Source of the DNA: Heteronotia binoei | Lineage: Eukaryota | Assembly (NCBI RefSeq): GCF_032191835.1 | Contig: NC_083241.1 | Span: 434,001-498,000 of the forward strand | Length of the DNA stretch: 64,000 bases | Direction: 5' to 3' | Part shown: positions 48,406 through 59,400 of the stretch, one piece after another | How the letters are laid out: each line of letters begins with the position of its first letter | How positions within the stretch are numbered: the first letter of the stretch is position 1 | Program-made: the position numbers and the translations under genes | Notes under the pieces: generated by a model | Seen by the model: only the letters and a program-made list of their open reading frames with translations | Told to the model about the DNA's origin: nothing | The model's database searches: none

Positions 48406-51400
48406 TCAGCTGTGAGCAGCTGAAATGGTGGAGTTCAGAACACGAGGCCTGCTCTCAGACCTGGAAGCCTCGGAAAGTCCGTGCTGTGAAAAGAGAAAGA
48501 CCGGGTGATGTAACCAAGTGCAAAAGTGCTGCCAGCCCACCCAGGGGCTCCAGGAGGCAGGAGTGGCCCTGTGCCACCCCCACCCCCCGTCTAGAGTAGG
48601 GAAGTTGGGCAAGGATGTTCAAAGGGAAACGGGGAGTTGGGAAGAGGCCAGATCCCCCTGCCCACAGTTGCTTGATGCACAGGATGGTGCCGTGCGGCAC
48701 ACACAGGCAGGCAGAGCAAAGCTCCGGAGGCCGCAATCTGCTTTCTCCAGCAGGCAGCGGCCAGGCCCAACTTCAGGTGGAATGGGGGGGGGGGCACTTG
48801 ACCCTGGCTTGCAGGACTCGGGGGCCCAGTCTGTGCAGGCCCCAAGAGGCAGGACAGAGCGGAGCAGGGAGAGAAGAGAGGAATTACCGCAAACTCAGAA
48901 TAGGTGCTGGCAACAGAATTAATGCTGTGAGTGCGCTGGGCAGGGGCTGTGGAGGTGCACCCACCGCTCAGAGCAGTTCCGTTGAGCCTCTGGGAGACGT
49001 TCTCCTTGTTGTGCTCTAGGCGGGCTGGCCGGGAGGCTTTGGCAGCCGTGCGGCAGGGAGTCCGGACAGACTGTGGAGGCTGAGGGGGACAGCAGCCGTT
49101 AGAACAGTCGTGGCAGGCAGCCGGACTTGGGTGGGAGAATTTGGAAGGGGGTTCTTCATGCCCCCTGGGGGTGCACAGCGGGACAGCAATCCTTTTGCTG
49201 GTCACCTCCCTAACAGGTGGGCCTCAGTGAGGAAAGCAGCCCTTGAGGGGCAGGGCTGCAGCCAGGCTACGTCTCACGGTGGGTGGGGGCAGATACCTTG
49301 CTTCCTGGACGGGATGCTGGGGAGTGGAACACGGAGCCCCCCAGGGCTGAGCGGATGGTGCTGTTGGGGGTGGAGGCCGTGGCGTTCAGCTGCAAGAAAC
49401 ACAGAGTTACTCCCACCGAAGGCCCTTGAGCCCCGCCCCCTGCTCGAGAGAGAAGCTGTGGTCAGGCTCTGCAGCCTGGAGGGCCCGATATCAGCCTTCT
49501 TCGTGCTGGGACTGCCAGCTGCTTCTCCCCCACCTGCTCAATGCCAGATCAAGGGCATTCTGCTCTGGTTCAGTGCCTGAATCCTGAACATATGAAGCTG
49601 CCTTATATTGAATCAGACCCTCAAAGGTCCAGCCAAGTCAGTCTTGTCAGCTCAGACTGGCAGCGGCTCTCCAGGGTCTCAGCTGAGGTTTTTCACGCCT
49701 ATTTGCCTGGACCCTTTTTAGTTGGAGATGCCGGGGATTGAACCTGGGACCTTCTGCTCACCAAGCAGATGCTACCACCCATCCTGGCAGCTCTGCAATC
49801 AAAACGATTTTTCCAGATATCAAGAAAATCCAAGCAAGAGCTGTTTAGGATGGTGCACCTTCTCTAGAGAAAAGCCACCTGCCGCTCTCTGCTTGAGATG
49901 CCTTCGTGTTCTCTTTGTGCCCATCTGGAGCACAACACCCTCCCAGGGAGCTCATAGCTCAGGGAAAAAACGCGGCATATTTGTGTGGCTTCAGCATCTG
50001 CATCTCAACGGAGTGCCGCCCGTGACTGTACGCTGGAAGAGTAAGGAAGGCCCAGGGTGCCTAGAGGTGAGTGGGCCAGCCCCCCCACCCCCCTGCTGTG
50101 CAGCTGAGGAGGACCCTGCATCAAGGTGCTCTTCACTCTCCCTGGAGTCCAGAAGGCCTGTGTCCTCGCGGGAAGGGGGCATGGGAAGTATTCTAAGCAG
50201 GGATGTGCCGTTTATTCCCCTGTGGCAAGTGAGCAGCTGTGGCCCGGATCCCATTGGTGCCACATGCCTACCTTCCGCACTTTCACTGGGGTGGCGGCGC
50301 CTAAGACCCGACGCTTGCTGGGCGTGCAGGGGGTGCTGCCAAACAGCATTTCCTCCTCAATTTGTCGGGACTTTTTGAGTTGCTGGAAGAGAGAGAAAAG
50401 GAAGTCCTGTGCCCAGGATGCAGGAAGGGAAGACACCAAAGGCCACCCATGTGAGCAGCAGGCAACCAGCAAGAGCTGCTTGTGCTTTGACAGAAAGCCC
50501 AGCCTGAACTGCAGCGCTCGGCCAGTCCCGCTCAATGCAGGTGGCTGCAGCAATCAGACCTGCGGGGGGGAGTGGGAAGAGAAGCCCCGCCTCCACTGGC
50601 TCCCTCACCCGCTCCTGCTTCTCCCGCTCCTTCTCCAGGTGGTGCAGCTGCCACTGCTCGGCCACGTGCTCCATGAAGTGCTGCCCGTTCACGAGGAAGG
50701 CCTGGCCGTGCTCCTGCTCCCACAGCTCCAGCCGGCCCCGCAGCTCCTCCTCCAGCTGGAACACACGCCAGCCACCAGTCAAGCCGATGCCGCATGGCTG
50801 GCCTGCCCACCCCACCCCACCCCCTTTCTCCCCCTCCCACAGACCTTGGGAAGGGCCTTCTGCAGCTTGGCCCGCAGCTTCTCCTCTTTCAAGAGGTTGC
50901 CCCCTCGGTTGGTGAAGCGGCTTGGGTCTGTCGCCTTCCTCTGGAAAAGGATGGCCAGTCAAAGGAAGCTCCTCACACCTCCCCTCCCAGGGCTGCAAGC
51001 CCACTCTGCAGGGCTCCAAGCTACCTCCAGCTCCTGGAAGAGGTGCCAGTTCCCCTCCCACTTGCGGACGGCTTCAAAAAGTTCCTGGTGGGTCTCAAAG
51101 AAACGCTTGATTCGTGCCATCTCCTCCTCGTGTTGCTGCAGCAACTCCTCAGTAAAATGGTCTGCCAAGGAGGAGAAAGCGGGAGATGATAGAAGCCCCA
51201 GAGGGAGGGGTGGGAGAAGAGAGCGAGCCGGCTCTCAGGCAGGGACTCACCCTGATAATAGGGACTGAAGGACTCCCTCTGCTCCTTGCCGTAAAAACAC
51301 TTGTCCCAGTAATCCGCCAGCTCCACCCGGACGGCCTCCACCATGTTCCTGATGTTCTGAAGCTTCAGCGTTTCCAGGCGATTCAGTTCCAACTGCAGCT

Positions 51401-53086
51401 ACAGATGGACAAGTTTGGAGTTTGCTCAGGAGCCAAGCAGGGAGGTGTGTGATCATCCTGCCCCTCCCCCAGTCTCTTGTCTCCGCCAGGCTTCCTGCGT
51501 TATGCAGGGGAACCCAGTGTTTGCAGAGCTTGAAGCAAAACTTCTGAAGTGATTTTGTTCTCCCTGCAGGGAAGCAGCCTCCCCTGAATGGCACCCCCCT
51601 CCCCCCCCCCGCCGCCACCAGAGAAGCTGCAGAAGAGACTCAGGGAGCCTCCCCCCCCCAAGGCAAAAGCACTTCCTCCCTGTGCCTGCAGGCACCACCC
51701 AGGACCCTTACGGCATTGAGGGTCTGGCTCCTTGATCCTGCCATGCAGGGGACAAAGGACTCCCTTTCTTCCGCAGGCACCCCGCAGCCGATCCCAAAGC
51801 ACCAGGATCTTGGAGCGCAGCTCTTCGCACAAAGCCTCATTCTGAGCTTTCCTGCTCTCCAGCTGAAAGAATGGCAGGGAGAAATCAGCCAGGGTGGAAC
51901 CGAGTGCAGAGTGAGAGGCAGCTCGGCCCAGCCCAGTCCCCCTCCCACACCTGTTGCAGCAGCTCTTTCAAGGCAGCAATGTTGTCTTCCGAGAGGCAGA
52001 AGGCATCCTCCTCTTCGCACACCACATCCCGCTCAAAGCTGGTGTCAGGGACATGCTCCAGCTCCTGCATGCACACGACGATCTTCTGCCTTGTGCCCAC
52101 AAACTCAGCTTGCCGGCGCTCCTGGGGGGCAGAGTAAGGAGTCAACCCCACTGCCTGCCCCCTCCTTCCCTCCCTCTGCCCCCCTCCCACCTACACAGCC
52201 CCCCCAGCAGACCTTTTCTGCCCCCAGCGCTGCCAAGTGGTGACGGAAGCAGTCCAGCTCCTCCGGAGTAGGCACCGTGTTGGCACAGATGCTGGCGGGT
52301 GTGATGGAGAGCAAGTCGCACATCTCCAGCTCCTGCTCCCGCAGGGCCTGCAAGGCCTCCTTGCGCTCCTGCCGCTCCCTCAGCAAGGCCTCCACTTGGG
52401 TGCGCAGCACCTTCTCCAGCTCCAGGATACTCGCCTCCCTGTCCTCCTGCGGGGGGGGGGGGAAGGAGGAGAAGAAGGGCCACAGAACGGAGGCTGTGCT
52501 GCCGCAGCCCCCCACCCGACCCAGCCCAGCCCCCAACCCTCCCCCCCTCACCTGGAAGGGCGGCAAGTGCAGCTCCCGGCAGAGGGTGGCCAGCTGGCCG
52601 CGCCACACCTGGATGCTCCGCAGGAGGCGGCTCTTCAGGCTCTGCTCCTCAGCGATCATCTTGGCCAGCAGCTCCTGCGGCGGACCGGGAGAGGAGGGGA
52701 GGGGAGTCAGCTGGGAGCAGCCGCCCCCACCCCAGGCCCCTAGCCAGGGTTTAAAGGTCTCAGAGGGCACTTCAGTCCTTGCAGGGAGCAAGGCGCAGGT
52801 GGGCTTCCTTCCTTCCTCCTCCCGCCCTCTGCAGGAAGGGTCCCGCTCACCTTGACGTAGTTGCGGACGACCTGGGTGCGCTCGAGGCGCTGCTCCTCGG
52901 GGATGCCGATCTCCTCCCAGATGTCGCGCAGCTGCCCCAGCGCCTCCCGCAGGCACGACACCGACTCGTCCGCCACGCCCTCGCTGCAGCCCCGACGGGA
53001 CGGGAGAGAGGGGAGCCCGTCAGTCGCGGGAGGAGGGAGCGGCCACCGCCCCCCAGCCCGACCCCCGGCCCCTACCTCTTCCGCAT
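48406..53086 (-). CDS. PRC1: Protein regulator of cytokinesis 1, 14 coding exons, about 607 aa if the +1 insertion in exon 6 is removed
   Basis: Exons (minus): 53076-53086, 52851-52983, 52552-52674, 52213-52446, 51951-52121, 51712-51862, 51251-51398, 51025-51161, 50845-50940, 50609-50755, 50272-50382, 49297-49389, 48888-49079, 48406-48483. Sum 1825 = 3n+1. Motifs [61 protein letters not shown]. Confidence 0.93.
49583..49790 (-). mobile_element. Second tRNA-derived SINE family (Squam2-like), PRC1 intron
   Basis: Minus strand has B-box GGTTCAATCCC, then GAGAGCCGCTGCCAGTCTGAG...AAGGCAGCTTCATATGTTC, a CR1-like tail. The family name is from memory. Confidence 0.75.
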
Positions 53087-53187
53087 GCCTGCCCCTCCTG
53101 CCCGCCCTCGGCTCGGCCGCTGGCTCCGTCGCTGCCGCCGCCGCTCCCTCCTTCGCTCTCGTCGGGCGACTCTGACGCTCCCTCGGA

Positions 53188-53442
53188 TTCAAATCGCGCC
53201 CCGCCGCGCCCCGATTGGCTGCAGAGCAACGCGCCGCCCCGCCCACAACGGCTACGCCGCTGCCGGACTCTCGCGGGGTTTGCGTCCGTCCCGCCCAATC
53301 GGGAGCCACCGGCCCTTCTGCCGCGGCCAATCAGGGGGAAGGAGGGGGCGGGACGGACGACCCTGCGTTGCACGAAGCGCATGCGTCTTGGGTTCCGCTC
53401 TCTCCCCCCCCCCGCGGAATCCAGCTCCGACAGCGCATGCGC
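53188..53442 (-). promoter_or_regulatory. PRC1 G2/M-type promoter: CHR, three CCAAT boxes, two NRF1 sites
   Basis: TTTGAA on minus at 53188-93, preceded by GGGGCGCGA. CCAAT at 53214-18 (minus), 53295-99 and 53327-31 (32-bp spacing). GCGCATGCG at 53377-85 and GCGCATGCGC at 53433-42. Confidence 0.8.
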
Positions 53443-53739
53443 CACGCCTCGAATCGCCGCTCCCGGCGCCCCCTAGCGGCAAAGATCTCCCGTTGTGTTT
53501 CGCTGCGCCGGCGCTGTCTGTCGCCCCCCTGGCTGAGTCCCTGCCCGCCGAAGCGGCGCTTCTGGATGCCTCGGGCGCGCAGAGCTCCCCTCTGCCGGAC
53601 ACCTTGGAAAGCCCTGCCCCTCGGCGTCCTCGCCGCCATCAGCAGGTGGCTTTTTCTTGGGGGTGGGGACGGAAGGGACTTCAATGCGGCACGAGGCTGT
53701 AGAGCCCGCCTCCCACAGCGGCCGTTTCCTCCGGCTAAC

Positions 53740-53890
53740 TGCTGTCTGGACTCTGATTTGGGTTCGACTCCACCCTCCTCCACATGCATCCAGCTGGGCG
53801 ACCTTGGGCCAGTCCCGGTTCTCTGGGAGCTCTCTTAGCCTCACCTGCCCTTCCTGTTGTGGGGAGAGGAAGGGAAGGAGACTGGGAGAG
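53740..53890 (+). mobile_element. Truncated Squam3-like SINE
   Basis: GGACTCTGATTTGGGTTCGACTCC (B-box), then GGGCGACCTTGGGCCAGTC, then TGTTGTGGGGAGAGGAAGGGAAGG. Confidence 0.6.
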
Positions 53891-56244
53891 AAAGGCGGGG
53901 GCACCAAGTCTCATCTCCTCCTCTTCTCTGTCGCCTGGAGATCGGTTGTAATTGTCAGGATCTCCAGGCACTACCTGGTGGTTGGCAGCCCCCATGCACA
54001 CACAGGTTCTAGTCTTCTGGGGGGCTGGGAACTGCTCCCACTGTGCACTCCCTCCACCCCCCCATGCATCCTTATGTGACCCTCTCCTGGCCCCCCTCCA
54101 TGCTCTGTTTGGGACATGTGCACCTTCTCGTTTGCAAGTCATCGTGGCCAAAGGGTGGCAGGTGTCGCTGCCTGGCAAGGGGTTGGAGCCCATCTGCAGT
54201 TTGTGCCCCCCTCCTTCCCTTCCCGGGGGCCAGTGGCACCTCTGCAGCGATGGTGCTCATTGATGCTCCCCCCATGGCTGTGCTTTCCTCGACCCATTCC
54301 CATGCAGTGTGGCCAATCACCCGCCTATTTCCCCCCAGGGCCCTTCAGCTCCTCTTTGCTGCCCTCCTGTCTTCTGGCCCACTCTATAGCCCCCCTGCCA
54401 GGGGGCAGGAAAAGCAGAGGGCCTCTCCCTCGTCTGCTCCAGCTCAAGCCACGGGCTTCCCCGAGGGAACTCCCTCTTCTGCATGCTGCCTGGATGTGCT
54501 GTGACGGGGGCTGCTGGGGAGCTCCGTAAGGCCCCCCATCTAGGTTGGCTCTCTGGGCTCACCTGTGGATCTGATGGGGGGACTCACTCTCACCTGGAAG
54601 ATTCCACAGGGTTCTACAAAAGTAGTCGAATGAGAAGAGCTCTCATCTCATAGTTTGCTTTTGCACTTTTCTTCTCCAGGCCTCCAAGGCAAGGAGACAG
54701 TCTGTGTTACTATGCTCAAGGGCTCTTTGCTTCCAGAACCAGCTGGGTCACCAAGAGACAGCTAGAAACATTTTGTTCTGTTTTCTGTGCATTTTAATTG
54801 CCACTGGACTACAGGCCTTATTTTTAATCCTTTCCCCTGAATTTCAATAAAGTTGTTTTGCTTTATGGGGTGTGCAACTCAGGGAGTGTCTGAGACCAGA
54901 CCCAGGTGCAGCTCCCCCCCCCCATCTGTCTTGACATCTACAGCTCAGCAGCCAAAGCGGCCATTTAGAAATCCCGCCCCTTTCCTCCTTCACGAGACTT
55001 GTAAAGTCTCTAACCCGCCTGCTTTATCACCTCCACCCAGGCACTGTTGCTGAGGCACAGCTGTTGCTTTTGAACAGCAAAGGCCTGATTTCCCTCCATG
55101 GTTAGAACAGGGAACTGCTCCTCTTTTGCAACAGGACAATGTGTCAGGTGGGTCCCCCTCCCCCTACCCCCCGCAGCAAGCTCAGCCGCTGCACAAGTGG
55201 CTTTTCTTCCCCCAGGAAGCTTTCCAGCAGCAAGGGGCACACAGCCATTGCTGGCCCTGCCACGGGGGCACAGGCACTCCCTCAGGCTTCTGGGGGGGGG
55301 GGGAATGCTGGAAGCCATGAGCCCGCCCAGCCTCTCAGGGAAGAAGCCTGCCCCAGTCAGAGGGAGGCAGTCTCAGCCACAGAGGAGAAAGGGAGGAGCC
55401 CACAAGTGCCCCAGGCAGGAGATCGCCCAGTGCGCGGGGCCTGCTCCACATGGGGGACCCCCCCTCCCAAGAGACGCCTGGGCATATTAACCACAACGGG
55501 CAGAAAAGCCAAGCGCTGGCCCCGGAGGGGAAGCCGCCCCCCCTTGTGGCACTCCTGAGATGGTGGTGGTGGTGGGGACAGGGGCACAAATGCCCTGGCG
55601 GTAGCAGGGGAGGAGCCCACTACTGGATCCATCCTCAGCACCCCATTTTGTTCCCTCCTGGGATCCCCCCCTCCTGCGCAGCTTGTGAGCCACAGTTCTA
55701 CCCCCAAAGGCAAAGCGCCCAACGCAGGCAACAAACACCTTGTCTTTCCCTGAGACCCCCCAAGTCGCAGCACCTTCTACGGCTCTGGGGCACTCGAACC
55801 CTGCAGTCCTGGGGGCAAGCCCAAGAACCTGTGGGCTGGGCTGGTGGGGGGGGGGCAGCCACAGCTTCACTCCCTGTGAGAGCTCAGCAACCTGAGCAAC
55901 TTGGGCTTCAGAGAAAGGAAACACCCCCAGGAGCAGCCCGCCTCTTCTTAGCCAGCCCCGGAGCAGGGCAACTGGAAGGCAGGCCTCCTCCCCCCTCCCA
56001 GGTGGAGCCAGAGGAAGTTTTGGGCACCTCCCTGCTGCTGCAGCCTCATCTTCATACCAGGCCTGGAGCTCAAAAGACTCTTTCGTGGCCTTCACTACAG
56101 CTGCCCCCCTCTCCCCCACTCACTCACAAGGGCCGCAGCAGAGGGAGCAATTCTGCCTCCGTTTCCCAGGTCAGGGGTTCACTCTCCCCACCCCCACTGA
56201 ATAAGGGACACACACGCGAGCATGGGCTGCCCCCTCGACAACGG

Positions 56245-56250
56245 TTTATT
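56245..56250 (-). terminator. Probable VPS33B poly(A) signal
   Basis: TTTATT (AATAAA on minus) about 230 nt past the VPS33B stop. Confidence 0.65.
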
Positions 56251-56481
56251 CTGATGACAAACCAAAAGAGAAGCTTCAGAAAACACCCCTCCCCCCCCAG
56301 CCAGCTGGGAAACTAGAGCAGGGGGCACAGAGTCTCTCCCCCCCCACCAGAGGCAGACAGAAGCACGCACTCCCCCCAGGAGAAGGTGGGGCCTCCACCT
56401 GGAAACACCCCCTTCAGGGGCAGGGTGTCACGGGCAAGGCAGCTCCCCTAGGGAGGAAGATCAGCCCCCTGGCCCCCTCCT

Positions 56482-59400
56482 TCATGTTCTGCTCTCCATC
56501 ATGGCTTCCAGCAGGCGCGCACTGTTCATGATGGCCGTGGTCAGGAACACGAACCTGAGCCCTAGAAGGACCAAGGGGGGAGAGAGGGGCATGCACATCA
56601 AACACCCTTCCAGAGGCAGCCTGAGGGGGCCACAAAGGTTTTGTGCTCCTTGGGAAAACTGCCGTTCCCCCCACCCCCACCCAGGCCCCGCTTGGCTCAG
56701 TACCTCTTTCTTTGCCCAGGAAGCGCAGGGCCGAGATTTCCGAGAAGGTGCAGCCCCCTAAGAAGACCGCCAGGATGATGCGCTGCGACTCCCAAGAGTT
56801 CTCCTCTGCTGCGGTGTCTGGAGGGGCCCCCCAAGAACAGAGCAGCACAAAACGCCCGTGAAACAGAGGAAGCGGCAAACACTCCTCCTGAAGGGCCCAA
56901 GACCCTCACGGGGGGGCGGGGGCCTCCAGAGACTATCCCTTGGGATCAGGTCAGCCCCCTTCTCAATGCCGGGGGGGGGCCACGCGAGTTCCCTTTTGGA
57001 GGTGAAGCCTCAGGAGCCTCCCCCTGGGGGAAACCAGAAGCCTGGCCCAGGCAGGGCAGGTGTTGAGAGTGAGCAACGATTCGGGGGGAGTCCAGGCCTG
57101 ATTTGAAACTGGGCTTGTGTTCATTTTGAGCTACTCTTCTGTTTGGTATGGACTTTCTGTGCATTTCAACTGTATTAAGTGCGCTTCCATTACTGTGAAA
57201 GCAATGAAAGAAACCCTTCCTGAGCTGTTGCCACTGGGAGGGGCAGGCAGAGGCAGCAGGACACTTGCCTGTGGCCACAAACTCGTTCCCGCTCAGCAGA
57301 CGCACCGCCTCCTCCAGGCCCTGCCAGCTCTTCCGCTCCAGCACCTGCAGGCAGGCAGGGGTCAGACGGGCCCTTCAGCCTCCGCCCCCCCCCAGCCCCC
57401 CTCTCGCCCACAGGCACCTGCTCCACCAGCTTGCAGCTCAGGGGCGTGTAGGCTCCGCTGAAGACGTAGGCCATGTCCGGGGGCGCTTTCAGGTCGTACT
57501 CTCCGGCCACACGCGGGATCTGGGGGGGGGGGGAGAAGAGGAGCAGTGTTCCGCATTGTCCCCTCCCATCAGGCCCTCCCCCCAGCGCACACCTACCAGC
57601 CCCAACTTCTTGCTTATGGCTCGGAAATTGCTTTTCCTGGCCAGAGAGCTGAAGGCGTCGGAGAGCTTCCCTGCAAGACCAGAGCATAGGGGAAGGGAGT
57701 CAGCAGAGGCTGAGGGTGGAGCCCCCCCCCCCCTTCAGGAGGAGCTGCCTTTAGCTGCCCTCCCCCTCCTCACCTGCAGCTCGGTCAGTCACCAGCTTGC
57801 TGACTTTGCTCTCCACAGCCGTCAGGGTCTCCCCGGGGACCTGCTCCGTCAGCAGCCCCATGCGCTTCAGGTTGTGAAAGGTCAGCAAGTGCTCTGGCCC
57901 GTAGCTCTGGTGGGCAGGCAGAGGGGGTGTAAGGGCCGAATGCAGGCCTCCCAGGGGAACTCGGAGAAGGAGAGCAGCACACGGGAAGGGCGGGCTGTGG
58001 GAGAGCCCTTGAGGGCGGGTAATGGCTCAAGCGCAGGAGGGGGACGCCAGACAGGCCCAGCCCCAGCAACTCCTCACCCCAGAAGGTGGCCCGCTGCCGT
58101 CCCCACCCCCAGGGCCCTCACCTGCAGGTACTGGGTCTTGAGGGAGCGGTAGTCCTTGGGGGCCAGTCCTAGAGCAGCCGGACACATGCAGAGGTCAAGG
58201 CACAGTCGGTCTACTCTCGAGGCACCCCCCACCCCCCTGCAAAATGGCACCTACCGTTCTCTGTGATGGACAGCAGGCACAGCAGACGCAGGCTCTCAAT
58301 GGGGGAGACCTGCCCAACAGCAGGGAGGGGAGGGGAGGTGAGTGGCCACTCGCTGGCCCCCAAGCCCCCAGCTCTCCCACCGGCCCGTCCTCACCTGCCG
58401 GTCGATGTGCTCTTCAATGAAGCAAATGCTTTCCCGGACATCGAACCCTTCCAGAAGCGCTGCAGAGGGGAGCTGAGGTCAGAGTTGGGGCTCCCTACTT
58501 CAGCACCTTCCATCCATCCCCTCCAGAGATGAGGAGCAGGACTCGGGCCAGGGGCCAAGGCAGGGCAACCTGCCCCGATCTGCCTGCCAGCAGCACCTGG
58601 GGGGCGGGAGGTGGCAGCAGGGGCCCCCTCCTGAAGAGACCGGAAGCAGCTCCGGGCTGCTCCTCAGTCTGGAGGGGCAGCAAAAGCCCTGTGGTGAGTC
58701 TGCCTCCTTCGCAGGATTCTTCCCGCTCCCCAGGAGAACGGCTGCTTTGGGAATCTAGTCCAGCCACAAACACAGGCACGAGAAGACATTGGATTTATAT
58801 TCCGCCCTCCACTCAAGAGTCTCAGAGCGGCTCACTATCTCCTTTCCCTTCCTCCCCCACAACAAACACCCTGTGAGGTGGGTAGGGCTGAGGGGACTTT
58901 CACAGCAGCTGCCCTTTCAAGGACAACCTCTGCCAGAGCTCTGGCTGACCCAAGGCCATTCCAGCAGCTGCAAGTGGAGGAGTGGGGAATCAAACCCGGT
59001 TCTCCCAGATAAGAGAGCTCTGGCTGACCCAAGGCCATTCCAGCAGCTGCAAGTGGAGGAGTGGGGAATCCAACCCGGTTCTCCCAGATAAGAGAGCTCT
59101 GGCTGACCCAAGGCCATTCCAGCAGGTGCAAGTGGAGGAGTGGGGAATCCAACCCGGTTCTCCCAGATAAGAGAGCTCTGGCTGACCCAAGGCCATTCCA
59201 GCAGCTGCAAGTGGAGGAGTGGGGAATCCAACCCGGTTCTCCCAGATAAGAGAGCTCTGGCTGACCCAAGGCCATTCCAGCAACTGCAAGTGGAGGAGTG
59301 GGGAATCAAACCCGGTTCTCCCAGATAAGTGTCTGCACACTTAACCACTACACCAAACTGGCTCTCACGGAACAAAGGTTCCGTGATAACCAGCCTCAAA

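Noticed and set aside
50050-50225. Minus-strand peptide [15 protein letters not shown] as PRC1 exon 12
   Set aside because: It is out of phase with its acceptor. The exon at 49297-49389 ([27 protein letters not shown]) has proper splice sites and matches the expected peptide.
53450-54851. Possible divergent transcript from the PRC1 promoter ending at AATAAA 54846-51
   Set aside because: The only support is one hexamer and a CpG promoter. There is no ORF or splice pattern.
58935-59329. CRISPR-like regularly spaced repeat
   Set aside because: The units are contiguous with no unique spacers, derive from a SINE, and sit in a vertebrate genome.
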